Shown one piece after another: positions 1 through 21,761 of a DNA stretch of 64,000 nucleotides; the stretch's first letter is position 1, and every line of letters starts with the position of its first letter. The position numbers were made by a program, and so were the translations under genes. The stretch lies in assembly GCF_009914755.1 (NCBI RefSeq), contig NC_060930.1; one strand, 5' to 3'. Source of the stretch: the human T2T-CHM13v2.0 reference genome, Homo sapiens. Below the pieces are notes generated by a model. The model did no database searches. It saw only the letters and a program-made list of their open reading frames with translations, and was not told the origin of the DNA.

Positions 1-1650
1 CCTCAAGGAAATAACTTCTCAGTGTTCCATCTGCTATTCTACTACTCCTCAGGGATTATTCAGGCCCCCTCCCTTCCCTACACATCAAGCTCGAGGATTT
101 GCCCCACCCAGGACTGGCAAATTAGCTTTACTCAACATGCCCCGAGTCGGATAACTAAAATACCTCTTAGTCTAGGTAGACACTTTCACTGGATAGGTAG
201 AGGCCTTTCCTACAGGGTCTGAGAAGGCCACCACAGTCATTTCTACCCTTCTGTCAGACATAATTCCTCAGTTTAGCCTTCCCATCTCAATACAGTCTGA
301 TAACAGACCAGCCTTTATTAGTCAAATCAGCCAGCAGTTTTTCAGGCTCTTAGTATTCAGTGAAACCTTTATATCCCTCACGGTCCTGCGTCTTCAAGAA
401 AAGTAGAATAGACTAAAGGTCTTTTAAAAACACACCTCACCAAGCTCAGCCACCAACTTAAAAAGGACTGGACAATACTTTTACCACTTTCCCTTCTCAG
501 AATTCAGGCCTGTCCTCAGAATGCTACAGGGTACAGCCCATTTAAGCTCCTGTATAGACGCTCCTTTTTATTAGGCCCCAGTCTCATTCCAGACACCAGA
601 CCGACTTTGACTGTGCCCCAAAAAAAATTGTCATCCCTACTATCTTCTGTCTAGTCATACTCCTATTCACCGTTCTCAACTACTCATACATGCCTTGCTC
701 TTGTTTACACTGCCGGTTTACACTGTTTCTCCAAGCCATCACAGCTGATATCTCCTCCTGCTATCCCCAAACTGCCACTCTTAACTCTTGAAGTAAATAA
801 ATAATCTTTGCTGGCAGGACTATGCTGAATCTCCTTAGGCACTCTCTAATCAGATATCCTGAGTCATCCCAATTCTTAGAACTTTTATACCTGTTTTTCT
901 CCTTCTGTTATTCCATTTAGTTTTTCAATTCATCCAAAACCGTATCCAGGCCATCACCAATCATTCTATACGACAAATGTTTCTTCTAACATCCCCACAA
1001 TATCACCCCTTACCACAAGACCTCCCTTCAGCTTAATCTCTCCCACTCTAGGTTCCCACACTGCCCCTAATCCCGCTTGAAGCAGCTCTGACAAACATCG
1101 CCCATTCTCTCTCCATACCACTCCCTAAAAATTTTCGCTGCCCCAACACTTCAACACTATTTTGTTTTATTTTTCTTATTAATGTAAGAAGTCAGGAATG
1201 TCAGGCCTCTGAGCCCAAGCCAAGCCATCGCATCCCCTGTGACTTGCACGTATAAGCCCCGATGGCCTGAAGTAACTGAAGAATCACAAAAGAAGTGAAT
1301 ATGCCCTGCCCCACCTTAACTGATGACATTCCACCACAAAAGAAGTGTAAATGGCCGTTCCTTGCCTTAAGTGATGACATTACCTTGTGAAAGTCCTTTT
1401 CCTAGCTCATCCTGGCTCAAAAAGCTCCCCCACTGAGCACCTTGGGACCCTTGCCCCTGCCCACCAGAGAACAACCCCCTTTGACTGTAATTTTCCTTTA
1501 CCTTCCCAAATCCTATAAAATGGCCCCACCCCTATCTCCCTTGGCTGACTCTCATTTCGGACTCAGCCCGCCTGCATCCAGGTGAAATAAACAGCCATGT
1601 TGCTCACACAAAGCCTGTTTGGTGGTCTCTTCACACGGACGCGCATGAAA
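1..1650 (+). mobile_element. HERV-H provirus #1, 3' part (integrase remnant, env-deleted 3' region, 3' LTR7); 5' part lies outside the window
   Basis: 1-1198 is colinear with 27945-29139 and 43421-44565; purine tract AAGAAGTCAGGAA precedes an LTR running TGTCAGGCC...GCGCATGAAA. Confidence 0.97.
1199..1650 (+). promoter_or_regulatory. LTR7 (LTR7up-like), 3' LTR of provirus #1
   Basis: TGTCAGGCCTCTGAGCCCAAGCC start, two ACAAAAGAAGTG blocks, TATAAAA, AATAAA, CATGAAA end. Confidence 0.95.
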
Positions 1651-1803
1651 CCGGCCTTGCAGAGAGTCCCTGTTTCCCTCTTTTCCTTTTCACCCAAGAA
1701 ACGCTGCCCTTCTCACCCTTCAAATAGTGTGCGAGCCTAATTTTTTGTGGTCGTGTGATGAGGACCCCATCTTTAGTTGAACTAAGGAAAGTGTCTTACA
1801 ACA
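1651..1803 (+). mobile_element. 3' end of an older ERV1-class LTR (MER50/MER51-like) into which HERV-H #1 inserted
   Basis: ...GCGAGCCTAATTTTTTGTGGTCGTGTGATGAGGACCCC...TAGTTGAACTAAGG...CTTACAACA resembles an ERV1 LTR U5 terminus ending in CA; family uncertain. Confidence 0.65.
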
Positions 1804-1991
1804 GAAGTGCCAGAGAGGTGGCCAGCTTGGTATAGAAGTGACCCTTGCTGCTATCCTGGAGGTCAGCTGTAACAGCGGAAGGGGTGGTGGGGCTTGTTGG
1901 GGCTTGAGAAGGCTGAAGACAGCCTGTGCCACACTGCCTGCTGTGATTTCTGAGGACCCAGAGTGCCATGAGAGATGATCTCCATCAATCA

Positions 1992-2375
<384 letters not shown>

Positions 2376-2519
2376 TCACTAATAATTAAATAAAAGAAGT
2401 TAAAGCAATAATGAGGTAGCTTTTAAAAAACCTGTCAGAGCAGTAAAGATTTAAAAGTTTAATAATACATGAGCTTGGTGCAGGTGTGTGAAGCAGGAGC
2501 TGTCACATCATTTTGGTAG

Positions 2520-3263
<744 letters not shown>

Positions 3264-4097
3264 GGTAGAAATTGGAATTTATACCATATTTTGGGAGAAG
3301 AATTTGGTGAAATCTATGATGAAGGTGTTGACCCAGCAATTAATTCCATTTCAAAAAAATTTGCAATGGGTATATTTGCATGTGTTTGCAGAAACGTAAG
3401 TACAAGGATTTTCACTGCACCATAGTTTATGATGGCAACAATGACAAAAGAAGAAAACAACTTATACTCAAGCAATAAAGGTTTGATTAATAAATTATGG
3501 TACGTACCAATTATACTGCTGTTAAAAAGAATGACGTGGATATAGTTATTTTGAAATACAAAGATCAATAAGCATATAAAGCAAAATGCAAAGCACAAGA
3601 TCATAGGAATAATATGCTTCTATTCATAAGGGTGTTTCAGAAAGGTGTTATGTGTATAGAGTATGTATATACAGGGAAAGTTCTGGAAGGATACCCAAGA
3701 AATCATTGAAGATGCTTCCTCTAGAGAATATAACTGAGGATCTGGAAGAAAAATCAGATTCACTTTTCATTAGCGCATGCTGGGAAATGTAAGCAAAGTC
3801 TCCAGGGAGGAGTCTCAGATCATGGGACTCAGTCAATGTCAGGGCCTAGGGAACTGAAAACAGAGGTTAGAACAGGGAAGCCTTCAAGAAAAGTTCAGTC
3901 TCTGATATAGAGGACAGAGTCACCAAGATGGAGAAAGACAAGATAGCAGGGGATGAAGGACAGCTGAGAAGAGGTAGGAATACACTGTTCTCAAGGATAG
4001 AGATGCTATATTAAGCACTAAGAGCCAGTTGTGACAAATGTCCAGAAATCCTTAATGAGCGATCCCAAGACACACAATGAGAAGATTGTTTCTCCCC

Positions 4098-4487
4098 AGA
4101 TAGGATTTGGATTTGTGTCTCCACCCAAATCTCATGCGGAATTGTAATCCCCAGTGTTGGAGGAGGGGCCTGATGGGAGGTGATTGCATCCTGAGGGCGG
4201 ATATCCCCTTTGCTGTTCTCATGCTACTGAGTGAGTTCTCATGAGATCTGCTTATTTAAAAGTATGGAGCACCTCCCCCTTGACTTTATTCCCCCTGCTC
4301 CAGCCATGGAGGACGTGCCTGCTTCCCCGTTGCCTTCAGCCATGATTTTAGGTTTCCTGCGGCTTCCCCAGCCATGCTTACTGTACAGCCTGCAGAACTG
4401 TGAGTCAATTAAACCTCTTTTCTTTATAAATTACCCAGCCTCGGGTAGTTCTTTATAGCAAGAACTATGCAAAAATGGACTAATACA
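4098..4487 (+). mobile_element. MSTA/MSTB-type MaLR solo LTR
   Basis: TTTGGATTTGTGTCTCCACCCAAATCTCATG...GGACTAATACA; 5-bp TSD TCCCC at 4093-4097 and 4488-4492. Confidence 0.9.
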
Positions 4488-6450
4488 TCCCCCTAAGGTT
4501 TATGTTAGGCATTTGCAGTTAGTACAGGGTTTACAGGTCTTAAGGAAGAGATGGTGTTGGATTACTCCCGTTTCCAGAAATGCAACAAAATAGAAAAGGT
4601 TTACTCCAGGAAGGGTTTTCAGGTGGAGGCATTAGAATGTTCTGGACATCTGGATCTACAATAAGCTAAAGTGGGAAGTCCTTACTCTCTAATGTTGCCT
4701 CTGAGTTTGAAGACAACACTCTATATGGCAATAGTGTGTGTTCAAAAATAAAATACCATTAACAGCTTGAAAATAGCAAAAGGGAAGGAAACCAAAGAGA
4801 ATGGGGGAAGGAACAGTCTATGAAAGTCTTCTTTAGACTCTATCATCATTGATACCCAGTTACAAGACAAACCACTTCTCAAAAGTGAGCAAATAATAAC
4901 ATTTTCTTACAATTTCGGTTATTCTTTCAAAGAAGAAAGAGGGAAGGAAAAATTAAGGGAATTTGTGGTGTGAGGCACACTTTTTGGCATAGGAGAACAA
5001 ACATATCTTGTTTTTTATATGCCTTGCTAATTATGTATTTTAAAATAGTGGCCCAAAAGTTAGAGAAATGAAATGAAAGTCAAGAAAATTGGAAAGGTGG
5101 AAAATTGGAAATGCTTCACACCAAGCAGTAATTCCTGTAGTTTGAGTTATATTACTTGGTTAAGAAGCTTAGGAAGCTTGGGTGACACTAAAGTAATAAT
5201 ATCGTAATAATGCTGGAAATAATAGTGCAGTAACAATGCTCTAACGATGCTGAAGTAATAATGCTGTAATGATGTGGATTAGCACTGTGGGTGACATGCT
5301 GAATATCAGCATCATTATAGCAAGGAAAAGCTTACTGTCGTATTGGTACAAAATAGGCACTCAAGTTTTAAATCAAATCAATGTTTACATTTTCTACGCA
5401 ATTAAAATGCAATTTTGGGGAGTGTACAATTCTATGAGTTTTTATACATAAATAGATTCTTGTAACTACCATCATAGACAAGATACAGAACGATTTTAGC
5501 ATCCTGAAGAGAACTTTCCGTCTGTCCTGGTGCATTTAGGCCCTTTCTCCCCCACCCCAACCCGTCTACCTCTTATGTGTCCTCTGTTCCTACATTTTTG
5601 CCTTTTCCAAAATGTCACATGAATAGATTCATATAGTATGTGCATATTTGAGGCTGGGTTCTTTTGCTTGCATAATATATCCTTTTTTATTTTTAAAAGA
5701 ATACTTCTCTTCGCTGACTACAAGACAAGGGAAGAGAGCAGGAAAGACTCAGGGACTGCAGAACTTACACAGATAGCATCTTGACATTCTAAAAGAAATG
5801 GAGAAATATATGAGGCATGCCTGCAACACTGTTTTCCTTCATGTAACAAGAGCTTCATCTATTTAAAGCATATGTATTCTGATTTGCCTTTTCTATTTTA
5901 AGCATGTTCAAATATATGTCCTCCAGAGGCATGATGGAAGAAAACTCACCTCCCTACAGACTTTCCTGAGTCTTTCGCATATGGAAATGCAATTATTCAT
6001 ATATAATTAAATTTTTTTTGTTAGTTGGGCACTGAGCTTTTTCTCTTGCTAGTGAGATAATCCTTGGCAGCACATTACCTCGTTTGGTGGAAAACTGCTG
6101 ACCTTCCAAACAGTCACAGGTTTATTCAGCACAGGTTTTTCTGCCTGCACAGCATACAGAGTTGCTGTGTATTGTGAGTTGAGTTGGATCTAGAGGAGGT
6201 GAGAAGAGGCATGGCTTGTATTTTGCTGCCTGAGGGACATTTACAGCTTCCATCAATGTGTGTCCACTTCCATTATAAGTAATATATTATCTTTGCACAG
6301 AGTTCTACTATTTCACATGCTGCAAACCATTATTTAGGGAGGGAATTAATATTATGCTTTGGAATTCTCACTGAAGTGAACACATTTAGCAGATAAAGGG
6401 TTTAATACTTGTTGATAAATAAAAGCAGTGACTACCATTTCCAGCTCTCC

Positions 6451-6490
6451 TACACACACACACACACGCACACACGTGCACACACACACT
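6451..6490. repeat. (CA)n microsatellite, imperfect
   Basis: ACACACACACACACACGCACACACGTGCACACACAC. Confidence 0.9.
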
Positions 6491-6965
6491 TTCACACTCA
6501 TATGTGTTGTGTAGGGGTTGGGGAGAAGTGGCTTGCAATTTTGGATAGAATAACCAGTTGCAAATTGGTTTGCTGTTGCGTTTTTAATAGTATGCAAATG
6601 TGCTGTGGGATGTATAAAATGTACCACTGAACCTAGTTAATACCTAAATGAGAGCTTGCTTGATTTCTTCAAGTGGTTAATATCAAGCTATTTGAATCGA
6701 TCCAGTTTGCCAATGGGCTCAATTCTGTACTTCCTAGGGGTTTCTTTAAAATGTGTTACAATTCCAAATGGATTTGTTTTCAGTTTTCATTTTCTATTGC
6801 ATTTCCTTTGAGGTTGACCGTGTTCTTTATTTGCTTATTAAAAACTTCATGTTTGAAATTATGAAATGTTTATGATTAAGAAGAAGACTAGTCCAATAAC
6901 TAAACAGAGCATTGAAACATATTTCTATCATCACTGTTATGCTGAGCATACTAGAAAACTCTTCA

Positions 6966-7305
<340 letters not shown>

Positions 7306-7659
7306 TTAGTGTTTCACACTGGAGAAAGAATAAAGTACTGTACTAAAGACTAAAAAATAGTAGACCATTGTCTATACCTCATTGGGCAAATGAAATTGAC
7401 TATATTTCTATTGGCTGGGAGACCCTCTTTTGCAGTTAGGAATGGTACAATGAAAGATCTGTTTTGAATTCTACATGTTCAGCTGCTGTCCAAACAGCCG
7501 TGAATGCTTATTCTTTGTGTGTGCTCTCATTACACCTTCAACATAGTCATAATCATTAATTTAATGCAGCTGCCTTTCCCTCAGGTGTCTTGGAAGACTT
7601 CAATGACAAGGACTTTTTTTTTCATTGTATGCAAAGGAGCTCAACCAATATTTGTTTGG

Positions 7660-7941
7660 CTTTTTTTAAGATGGTGTCTTACTCTGCCGCCCAAGCCGGA
7701 GCACAAGGGCACCATTTCGGCTCACTGCAACCTCCAGCTCCCAGGTTCAAGCAATTCTTGTGCCTCAGCCTCCCGAGTAGCTGGAATTATAGGCGAGTGC
7801 CATCGTGCCTGGCTAATTTTTTTTATTTTCAGTAGAGATGGGGTTTCGCCAGGCTGGTCTCACACACCTGACCTCAAGTGATCTGCCCTCCTTGGCCTCC
7901 CAAAGTGTTGGGATTACAGGCATGAGCCACCACGCCCGGCC
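7660..7941 (-). mobile_element. AluS
   Basis: antisense Alu ending GAGCCACCACGCCCGGCC. Confidence 0.93.
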
Positions 7942-8396
7942 TCAATCAATGTTTTTGAAAAAATGTTTATGAATTGAGGGCCATAGCTTTTCTAGACCTA
8001 AAAGATAATATATTATAGCACTGGAAATGAAGGTTTGGAGACCCGGTATTCTGTAAAAATAAGCCAGTCATTTCCAGATCATCCCTCCCTATTCCACAGA
8101 CAAGAATTTCTGAGAGGCCTCATCCAGCATCTCATGCCCTAGCAGCCCAGGCATCACCTTCTGAGAGTCAAATACTCACTTCTCTGCTCTGCCATGCATG
8201 CCCCTTTTGGAAGAATGCTGTCCTGAGCAGGGTAGTATTACATGCTCCATCCCCAAAGTAGAAAACCATTGAGGTGACAAAATGGTACTGCCATCCCTTC
8301 AGTCCTCACTAGGTAGGGCCATGATTGTTCCTCACAGAAATGGATGGCATTCCCCTCACCTCAGTATTGTGGCATATTTTATCATCTGGACCTCTA

Positions 8397-12935
<4,539 letters not shown>

Positions 12936-13889
12936 ATCCTTTTGGGTAAAGTTTGCTCTTACTTTAGGCCTGGGGAGAGTTCCCTTTGAGATGGTTTATC
13001 CCTATGTTCTGCTGAGTTGGAATGTCAGTTTTCCTGGAGTTTATGCAGCATGTAGAACATGGTATTTTTTGTACTTGTTCTTCCATTAAATTTCACATCC
13101 TGGAAACATGTTTGTCTGGATGGGATGTTTTCTTTGGTAGCAAAGGTGACGATATTTCAAAATTAAATTTTGTAAGATTTTCTGGTCTCAAATTAGTTTT
13201 CAATAGAAACCACTCCAGAAATGAAAAGGGCATGTGAACTAGTAATAAGTATTTGAGCGCAGCTATTTCAAGTTCATCTGGGGCTGCTGTTACAACTAAT
13301 TGTCAAAATATACCTTTGTTATTCTTTTTCACAAAACAGTTCCAATAACTGGAGTCTCAATTGGCAGTGGTTGAGCTCATGCTGATCTAAGACTTGGGAT
13401 ATTGTCACTGGAAATATAGTTGACAGCAATTACAGTATCTTTTCTTATTCTTTGTTGCCTTACTTCTCAAAGGGTAGAAAATAGGTCAGAAAAATAGACA
13501 AACCCAGGACACCTGTTAGAAATACAGAACCTCAGTCTCCATCACCCTCATCAATTCAATCAGAATCTTTATTTTAACCTGATTTACTGGTGATTCCTAT
13601 ACATATTAAAATTTTAGAAGGGCAGCATATTTATTCTTCTTTAAAACCACTCCCAGCTAATCTGGGCTGGCAGACTTTTTTCTGGAGTAAGAGTGAATTT
13701 GTAGAGATGTCACCAATAGTATTGTAATCTCACTGGAACAACTTTTCTTCTTAAACTTATTATGTAAAATCACCAAAAGTTTTATTCACTGTTTTCCTCT
13801 GACAAGATAATCATAAAGAATTAGTCTCCATTAGCAAATTATTGATGTTTCACAAGCCTTACATTTGGATTTGACTATGTATAGATACC

Positions 13890-15950
<2,061 letters not shown>

Positions 15951-16429
15951 TTATATATAGATGCTACTACATGTGCTTTGGTGAAGTCTGCACATATAAT
16001 TTAGATATAGATAATGAAAATAATTTTATAATATGCCTTTCAATTTAGAAAGGAATCATTTAAATTTTTTTGTGTACATCTTAGGTAGGGACTAAACTTT
16101 GCCCTGTGGGGCAGTGTTTAGGAGGTGCTCAACAGAGGCAATACAGCCCAAGTTGACTATTGAAAGATTACTTGGGGAAGGGTCAGATATGAAGAGAAGG
16201 TGACCATGTTTTAAGAAACCTCACATATTGTTAACATCCGTTCATGTGGAATAATAAATGTGTGTGTGGAGGAGATGTGTGAGGGGCTTTATAGAGTAAC
16301 GAGATTCATGAAAGTAAGGCCATCAAATTGTGAATGGCGCTATGTCATGGTGTTGGGATTCTAGGGGGAAAATGAGTGGAACTGGAAGCAAACTATTTCT
16401 CATTTAGATGCAGACAAATTTATAAAACT

Positions 16430-16710
16430 CTCTTTCTTTCTTTTCTTCCTTTCTTTCTTTTTTTTAATTTTTTTTTTTTTTTTTATTTTTTGAAAAGGAG
16501 TCTTGTTCTGTCACCCAGGCTGGAGTGCAGTGGCGCCATCTCAGCTCACTGAAACCTCCACCCCGACTGGTTCAAACGATCCTCCTGCTTCAGCCCCCTT
16601 AGGAGCTGGGACTGCAGGCTGCACCACCATGCCCAGCTAGTTTTTATATCTTTGGTAGAGATGGGTTTTCGTTATGTTGGCCAGACTGGTCTTGAACTCC
16701 TGGGCTCAGC
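16430..16710 (-). mobile_element. AluJ-like, partial
   Basis: CT/T-rich tail then antisense Alu stopping at CTCCTGGGCTCAG. Confidence 0.88.
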
Positions 16711-17499
16711 CACACAGTATCTGTTAGACTGTGCATAATCCAGCTAACATTTTCAGACTTCAGTATTCTCCACAGCTGACCAATAATGTTCATATGGGAT
16801 GTGAGTTGTATTAGATGGCTTCCTGGGATTTGTTAGCTTCAGGGTTTTTGATGTAATTCTGCCATGCATAATCACCATTCTCTTTTCAATTGCACAAAGG
16901 CCATTTTTCTGAGATTTCATGTAAAATTATGATGGTGGGTTTACAGAGATCAAAGAGTTATGAGCAAAGAGGGTGCCCAAAGAAATTACTGCTAGAATAA
17001 TTACTGTTGCTAACAGTACTGTAACTTAAAATATTTGTTCAAGCAACATATATTGAATGCCTTGGGTATGCTAGGCCTGGAGGTACAGAGTGAACAAAAT
17101 AGTTGTGTTTGGAAAATTATGATAAGTTAATGATAAGCCCTCTTAGTAGAGGGCTTATTTCAAGGAAGGACAGCAAGTACAAAATGTAAAACTGGTGAAA
17201 CTGAAAGAAGCCAATGTGATTGGAGTGCAGAGACTGAGGGGCTGGGTTGGGTAGGATTTGGCTCAGGTGCTAACCACAGCTGAGAGGGCAAGTAAGATGC
17301 AGTCTCAAAGTGTCCTTTGGGTTTAGCAACACTGTGGAGCTCAAGTGAAGTCCCTTTCAAGGAGCAGTGGTGGTGACAGCCACAGCAGAGTGGGTGGAGA
17401 ATTGTCCAGGAGATGAGGCCACAGATGTGGTGAGAATGAGCACCGTCTTGAGAAATTTGGTTATGAAAAGAAGAAAAGAGAGGGGAAAATAGATGGGGA

Positions 17500-17858
17500 G
17501 TGTTTAGGGCTGAGTGTTTGAGTCCCTCCAAAATTTATGTGCTGATATCCTACCCCCCAATGTGATGGTATTAGGAGGTGGAGACTTTGGGAGGTGATTA
17601 GGTCAGAGGGTGGAGCCCTTATGAGTGGGATTAGTGCCCTTATAAAAGGACCCCAGAGAGCTCTCTCACTCTCCTTTTCACAAGCAGACGCAGCAATCAG
17701 ACAGCTGTTTACAAACTAAGAAGAGGGTCCTCACCATGAACCTGACCCTGCTGGCATCCTTGTCTTGGACTTCCAATTTCCAAAACTGTGAGAAATCAAT
17801 GTTTGCTGTTTAAGCCACCAATTTATTGTATTTTGTTATAGCAGCCAGAGCTAGGACA
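17500..17858 (+). mobile_element. MLT1A-type MaLR LTR
   Basis: CCCCAATGTGATGGTATTAGGAGGTGG...GATTAGTGCCCTTATAAAAGG...TTGTTATAGCAGCC. Confidence 0.85.
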
Positions 17859-19569
17859 GAAATGAAATTGGTTGATTTTCTTTTCCCTTTCCTAATGGGA
17901 AAAGACAAAATGGAGAGGTTAAAGATGTAGAAGAGAGAAGGGATAGAATTCTTGATAGTTGACATATGGGATATGGAGCACAAGTAGATGAATTGGCCTT
18001 AGGTGAAGGGGACACTCCTCTACTGTAAACCCTGGCTGTATTATGCGGGGACAGGAAGGTTAGTGATATTCTGAGGTTTTCCTAATGTATCTCGAAAGAA
18101 ATGGGTTCCCTAGATGTCAAAGGGATGGATTGCATGAACAGCCTGTGTGAGTCACAAACCAACCAAGAACTGTGAGATTATGCCAGAGACACTGAGTCTG
18201 CAGTACTGCAGATATCCATGTGATGCTCTGAGAAGCCTAAATATTTGTTAACGTAGTTTGTCTTCTACAGAACATACAATGTTTTATTCATTATTGGTCT
18301 CCATTAGTCTGGAGACTAATACACTGTGGGCAGAGAGCTTGCACTAGCTCTATGGTAAAAATGCAGTTACTGATTAGGCTCAAGCCAACAGGATTATGAA
18401 AACTCAGGTAACTTGTAACGAGGCCTCTAATCTGGTGATTATAGGTCAGTGTCCTGTGATGATTTGAAGAAGGCATCGAAGGTCTGAGTTTCAAAGATCA
18501 TTCTTCTACATTTTTCCCCATTTTTACCTGATGCTCTCTTTTTAACCAGCCACCTTCATTTTCCTTTTCCCAGAGGTGCTCTTTCCTGCTACATTTGGAT
18601 ACAAGTCTCTGGTGGGCCCTGTTTGCCCAGATCCTTGGGCAAGTAAGTTTGACGTCAATTGATCTTAATCTCAGATGCCAAGTTTGTGCTAAGGTGTAAA
18701 CGACCCTTCAGTAAATTGACTAATCTTGTTGGGCATTGCCATAGTTATAAAATGTTAAGGAAGTAGAGGTTTTTGTTTGTTTGTTTGTGAATTTTTTCAA
18801 CAGAGAGCCTTTCAAAAGATGTCACAAAGATTAGGAAACATCTCCATCTGTTATGGAGTATGTTTTCTGTAATGATTCAGTTACCAAGACTACACTGGCA
18901 GCAAGAGTTCCTCTGTCTGGGTGATGCTGAAGGTCAATCTCTGATCGGTCCTCAGAAGCCTTCAAAGATCTTTGAAATGTTTTCTTAATGCTCCTCTCTG
19001 GCTCCTTAAATAATGATTGAGGCTTGGATTCTATTAGAGTGAGCAGGGACTCAATATGAAATTCTGCACCAGGCACACAGTTAATATAATTTATTTTATT
19101 TAGAATTCTGCTCTCTGTACGGTCTGGTTATCAATTCTCTTTTTCATGATTTGGCATTAATGATGGAAAGAACAAATTCAGATGTCCTTCCTCTTTGAGT
19201 GATTCACAGTGTGTTTTCTATTTCCATTGACAACCTTCTCAGTGTTTTGATAATAACTTCCTCAATAGGACACCAAAATTATGTGAATAAATGAAAAGAA
19301 TTCTTATAATCATAGAAGATAAATGAACTATCTGTACCATCAAACTACATTTAAATGTAAGGGCTAAAAATATTTTTAAGAATTAGGAAATCCAAGTGAA
19401 TCCTGATTTTTCCTTCTATGCCTTCCCCCCAACTCCAAAGTCACTTTTTAAATTGAAGTATGATTTATATATTATAAAATTAACCAATTTTAAGGAAATA
19501 ATTTGTCTTTATATTTTAACAAAAATGAAAATGTTAGAAGGTACAACCACTTATTAATATTTTTTTGAG

Positions 19570-20017
19570 AAAATAAGTCATTCTACCAAAAAGACACACG
19601 CACTCACATGTTCATTGTAGCACTAGTCACAACAGCAAAGGCATGGAATCAACTTAGGTTCCTGTCAACAGTGGACTGGATTAAGAAAAGTGATACCAGT
19701 CCTTTGCAGCAACATGGATGCAGCTGGAGACCATTATCCTGATTGAATTAACACAGAAACAAAACCAAATACTATATGTTCTCACTTTATGAGTGGGAGC
19801 TAAACATTGGATACATGTGGACATAAAGATGGCAACAATAGACAATGAGGACTACTAGAAGGGAGAAGGAGAAAGAGGTGCAAAGATTGAAAGCTATCTA
19901 TTAGGTACTATGATCACTACCTGGGTGATGAGATCATTCATATCCCAACCCTCAGCATCCTGCAATATACCCATGTAACAAACCTGCACATGTACTCCTG
20001 AATCTAAAATAAAAGTT
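19570..20017 (+). mobile_element. L1 3' end (L1PA/PB-like)
   Basis: GTTCTCACTTATGAGTGGGAGCTAAAC...AAACCTGCACATGTACTCCTGAATCTAAAATAAAAG. Confidence 0.9.
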
Positions 20018-20335
20018 GGCTGGGCGTGGTAGCTCACACCACCTAATTCCAGCACTTTGGGAAGCCGAGATGGGTGGAGCACTTGAGGTCAGGAGCTCAA
20101 GCCCAGCTTGGCCAACATGGTGAAACCCCGTCTCTACCAAAAAAATACAAAAATTAGCTGGGTGTGGTGGCATGCACCTGTAGTTCCAGCTACTTGGAAG
20201 GTGGGAAAATCATTTGAACCTAGGAAGTGGAAGTTGCAGTGAGCTGATATCGCACCACGGTGCTCCAGCCTGGGTGACAGAGTGAGACCCTGTCTCAAAA
20301 TAAATTAATGAATGAATAAATACATAAATAAATAA
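20018..20335 (+). mobile_element. Alu inserted in the L1 tail
   Basis: GGCTGGGCGTGGTAGCTCA start, (TAAA)n tail; TSD-like AAAATAAAAGTT / AAAATAGAAGTT. Confidence 0.93.
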
Positions 20336-20499
20336 AATAGAAGTTGAAGTTTTAAAAAATGTATTTTTTAATTGCACAAACACAAATATGGAATGAATTG
20401 AGAAAGCTATCAATATTTCTCCAAAGACATTAAACTCATACCACATTTTTCTTTCAAGAATCAGTTAATTCAATTTTATATCGAATTAACTGGGATAGA

Positions 20500-21300
20500 G
20501 AAAAAGATTATATATTGCCCACCTCATTTTATGAAATAAATATAATCCTAATATCAAATAGACACAGACAAGATGCCATAGAACAGTCTCACTTATATGT
20601 ATGTATGAAAAATTATAAACAAAGGATTGAATATAAATTAGTAGTTTGTAAAATAATGACCTGCCCTGTGCAATGGGATTTATTCTGGCAATATAATGGT
20701 GTTAAGTCTAATATTATAAAATTCACCACAAAAATAACATTACTAAATAAATTAGGAATGGGCTACGTTTATTTCAAAGTAGGTCGCATGAGTATTTGAG
20801 AGAATCTCATTTTTTGTTTAAAATAAAATAAACAAATTTCTTTCTAAAGTAAAAATGGAATAGCCCTTAATGTGACAAAGTATATCTATTTGAAATCAAC
20901 AACATAGAGCTTATTTAATGCTGAAACTCAAAAATATTTCCCTTAAAGCCAGAAATATATTGGGCAATCCCTTACCAATATTATTATTTAATAGCACTCC
21001 AGAATTTCTGGTCAATGCTATAGGACATGAAATTGAATCAATGGAAATACATGTTAGAAAAGATGTCTCAACTTTATTATTTTTGGATGACATTATCACA
21101 CACTTATCATACATTATCATAAATAGACAACTCAAGAGACTCCACAGAAAAATTCTAGGAATTAATTTTAAAGGTCAATGAAATGGCAGGGTATATGATA
21201 ATCACACCAAAAAAATCAAATGATTTGCCAGAAGTGAGTTTAAATATAAAAGAAACAGAAGTAGGACTCACAATTGCAATAACTATTAATATTTAAACTA
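20500..21300 (+). mobile_element. Highly decayed L1M ORF2 (RT domain) fragment
   Basis: ORF 20918-21181 GNPLPILLFN...TLLFLDDIITHL corresponds to L1 RT GCPLSPLLFN...LSLFADDMIVYL. Confidence 0.75.
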
Positions 21301-21453
21301 TCCACCAAAAATCTTGAGTAATAAATGATCAGTCATGAAATTCACAGTATTCTTAAGATACTCCCAAAGAAATAGTTGAGAAGTGCAGATTGTTCCAGCA
21401 ATGAGGTCTAGGAGGGGTGGGATGGTATGGAGTAGATAACATCCTCAACATGA

Positions 21454-21761
<308 letters not shown>

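Noticed and set aside
18831-19076. 81-aa minus ORF in unique sequence, possible exon or pseudogene
   Set aside because: No recognisable homology, non-ATG start, no convincing splice context.
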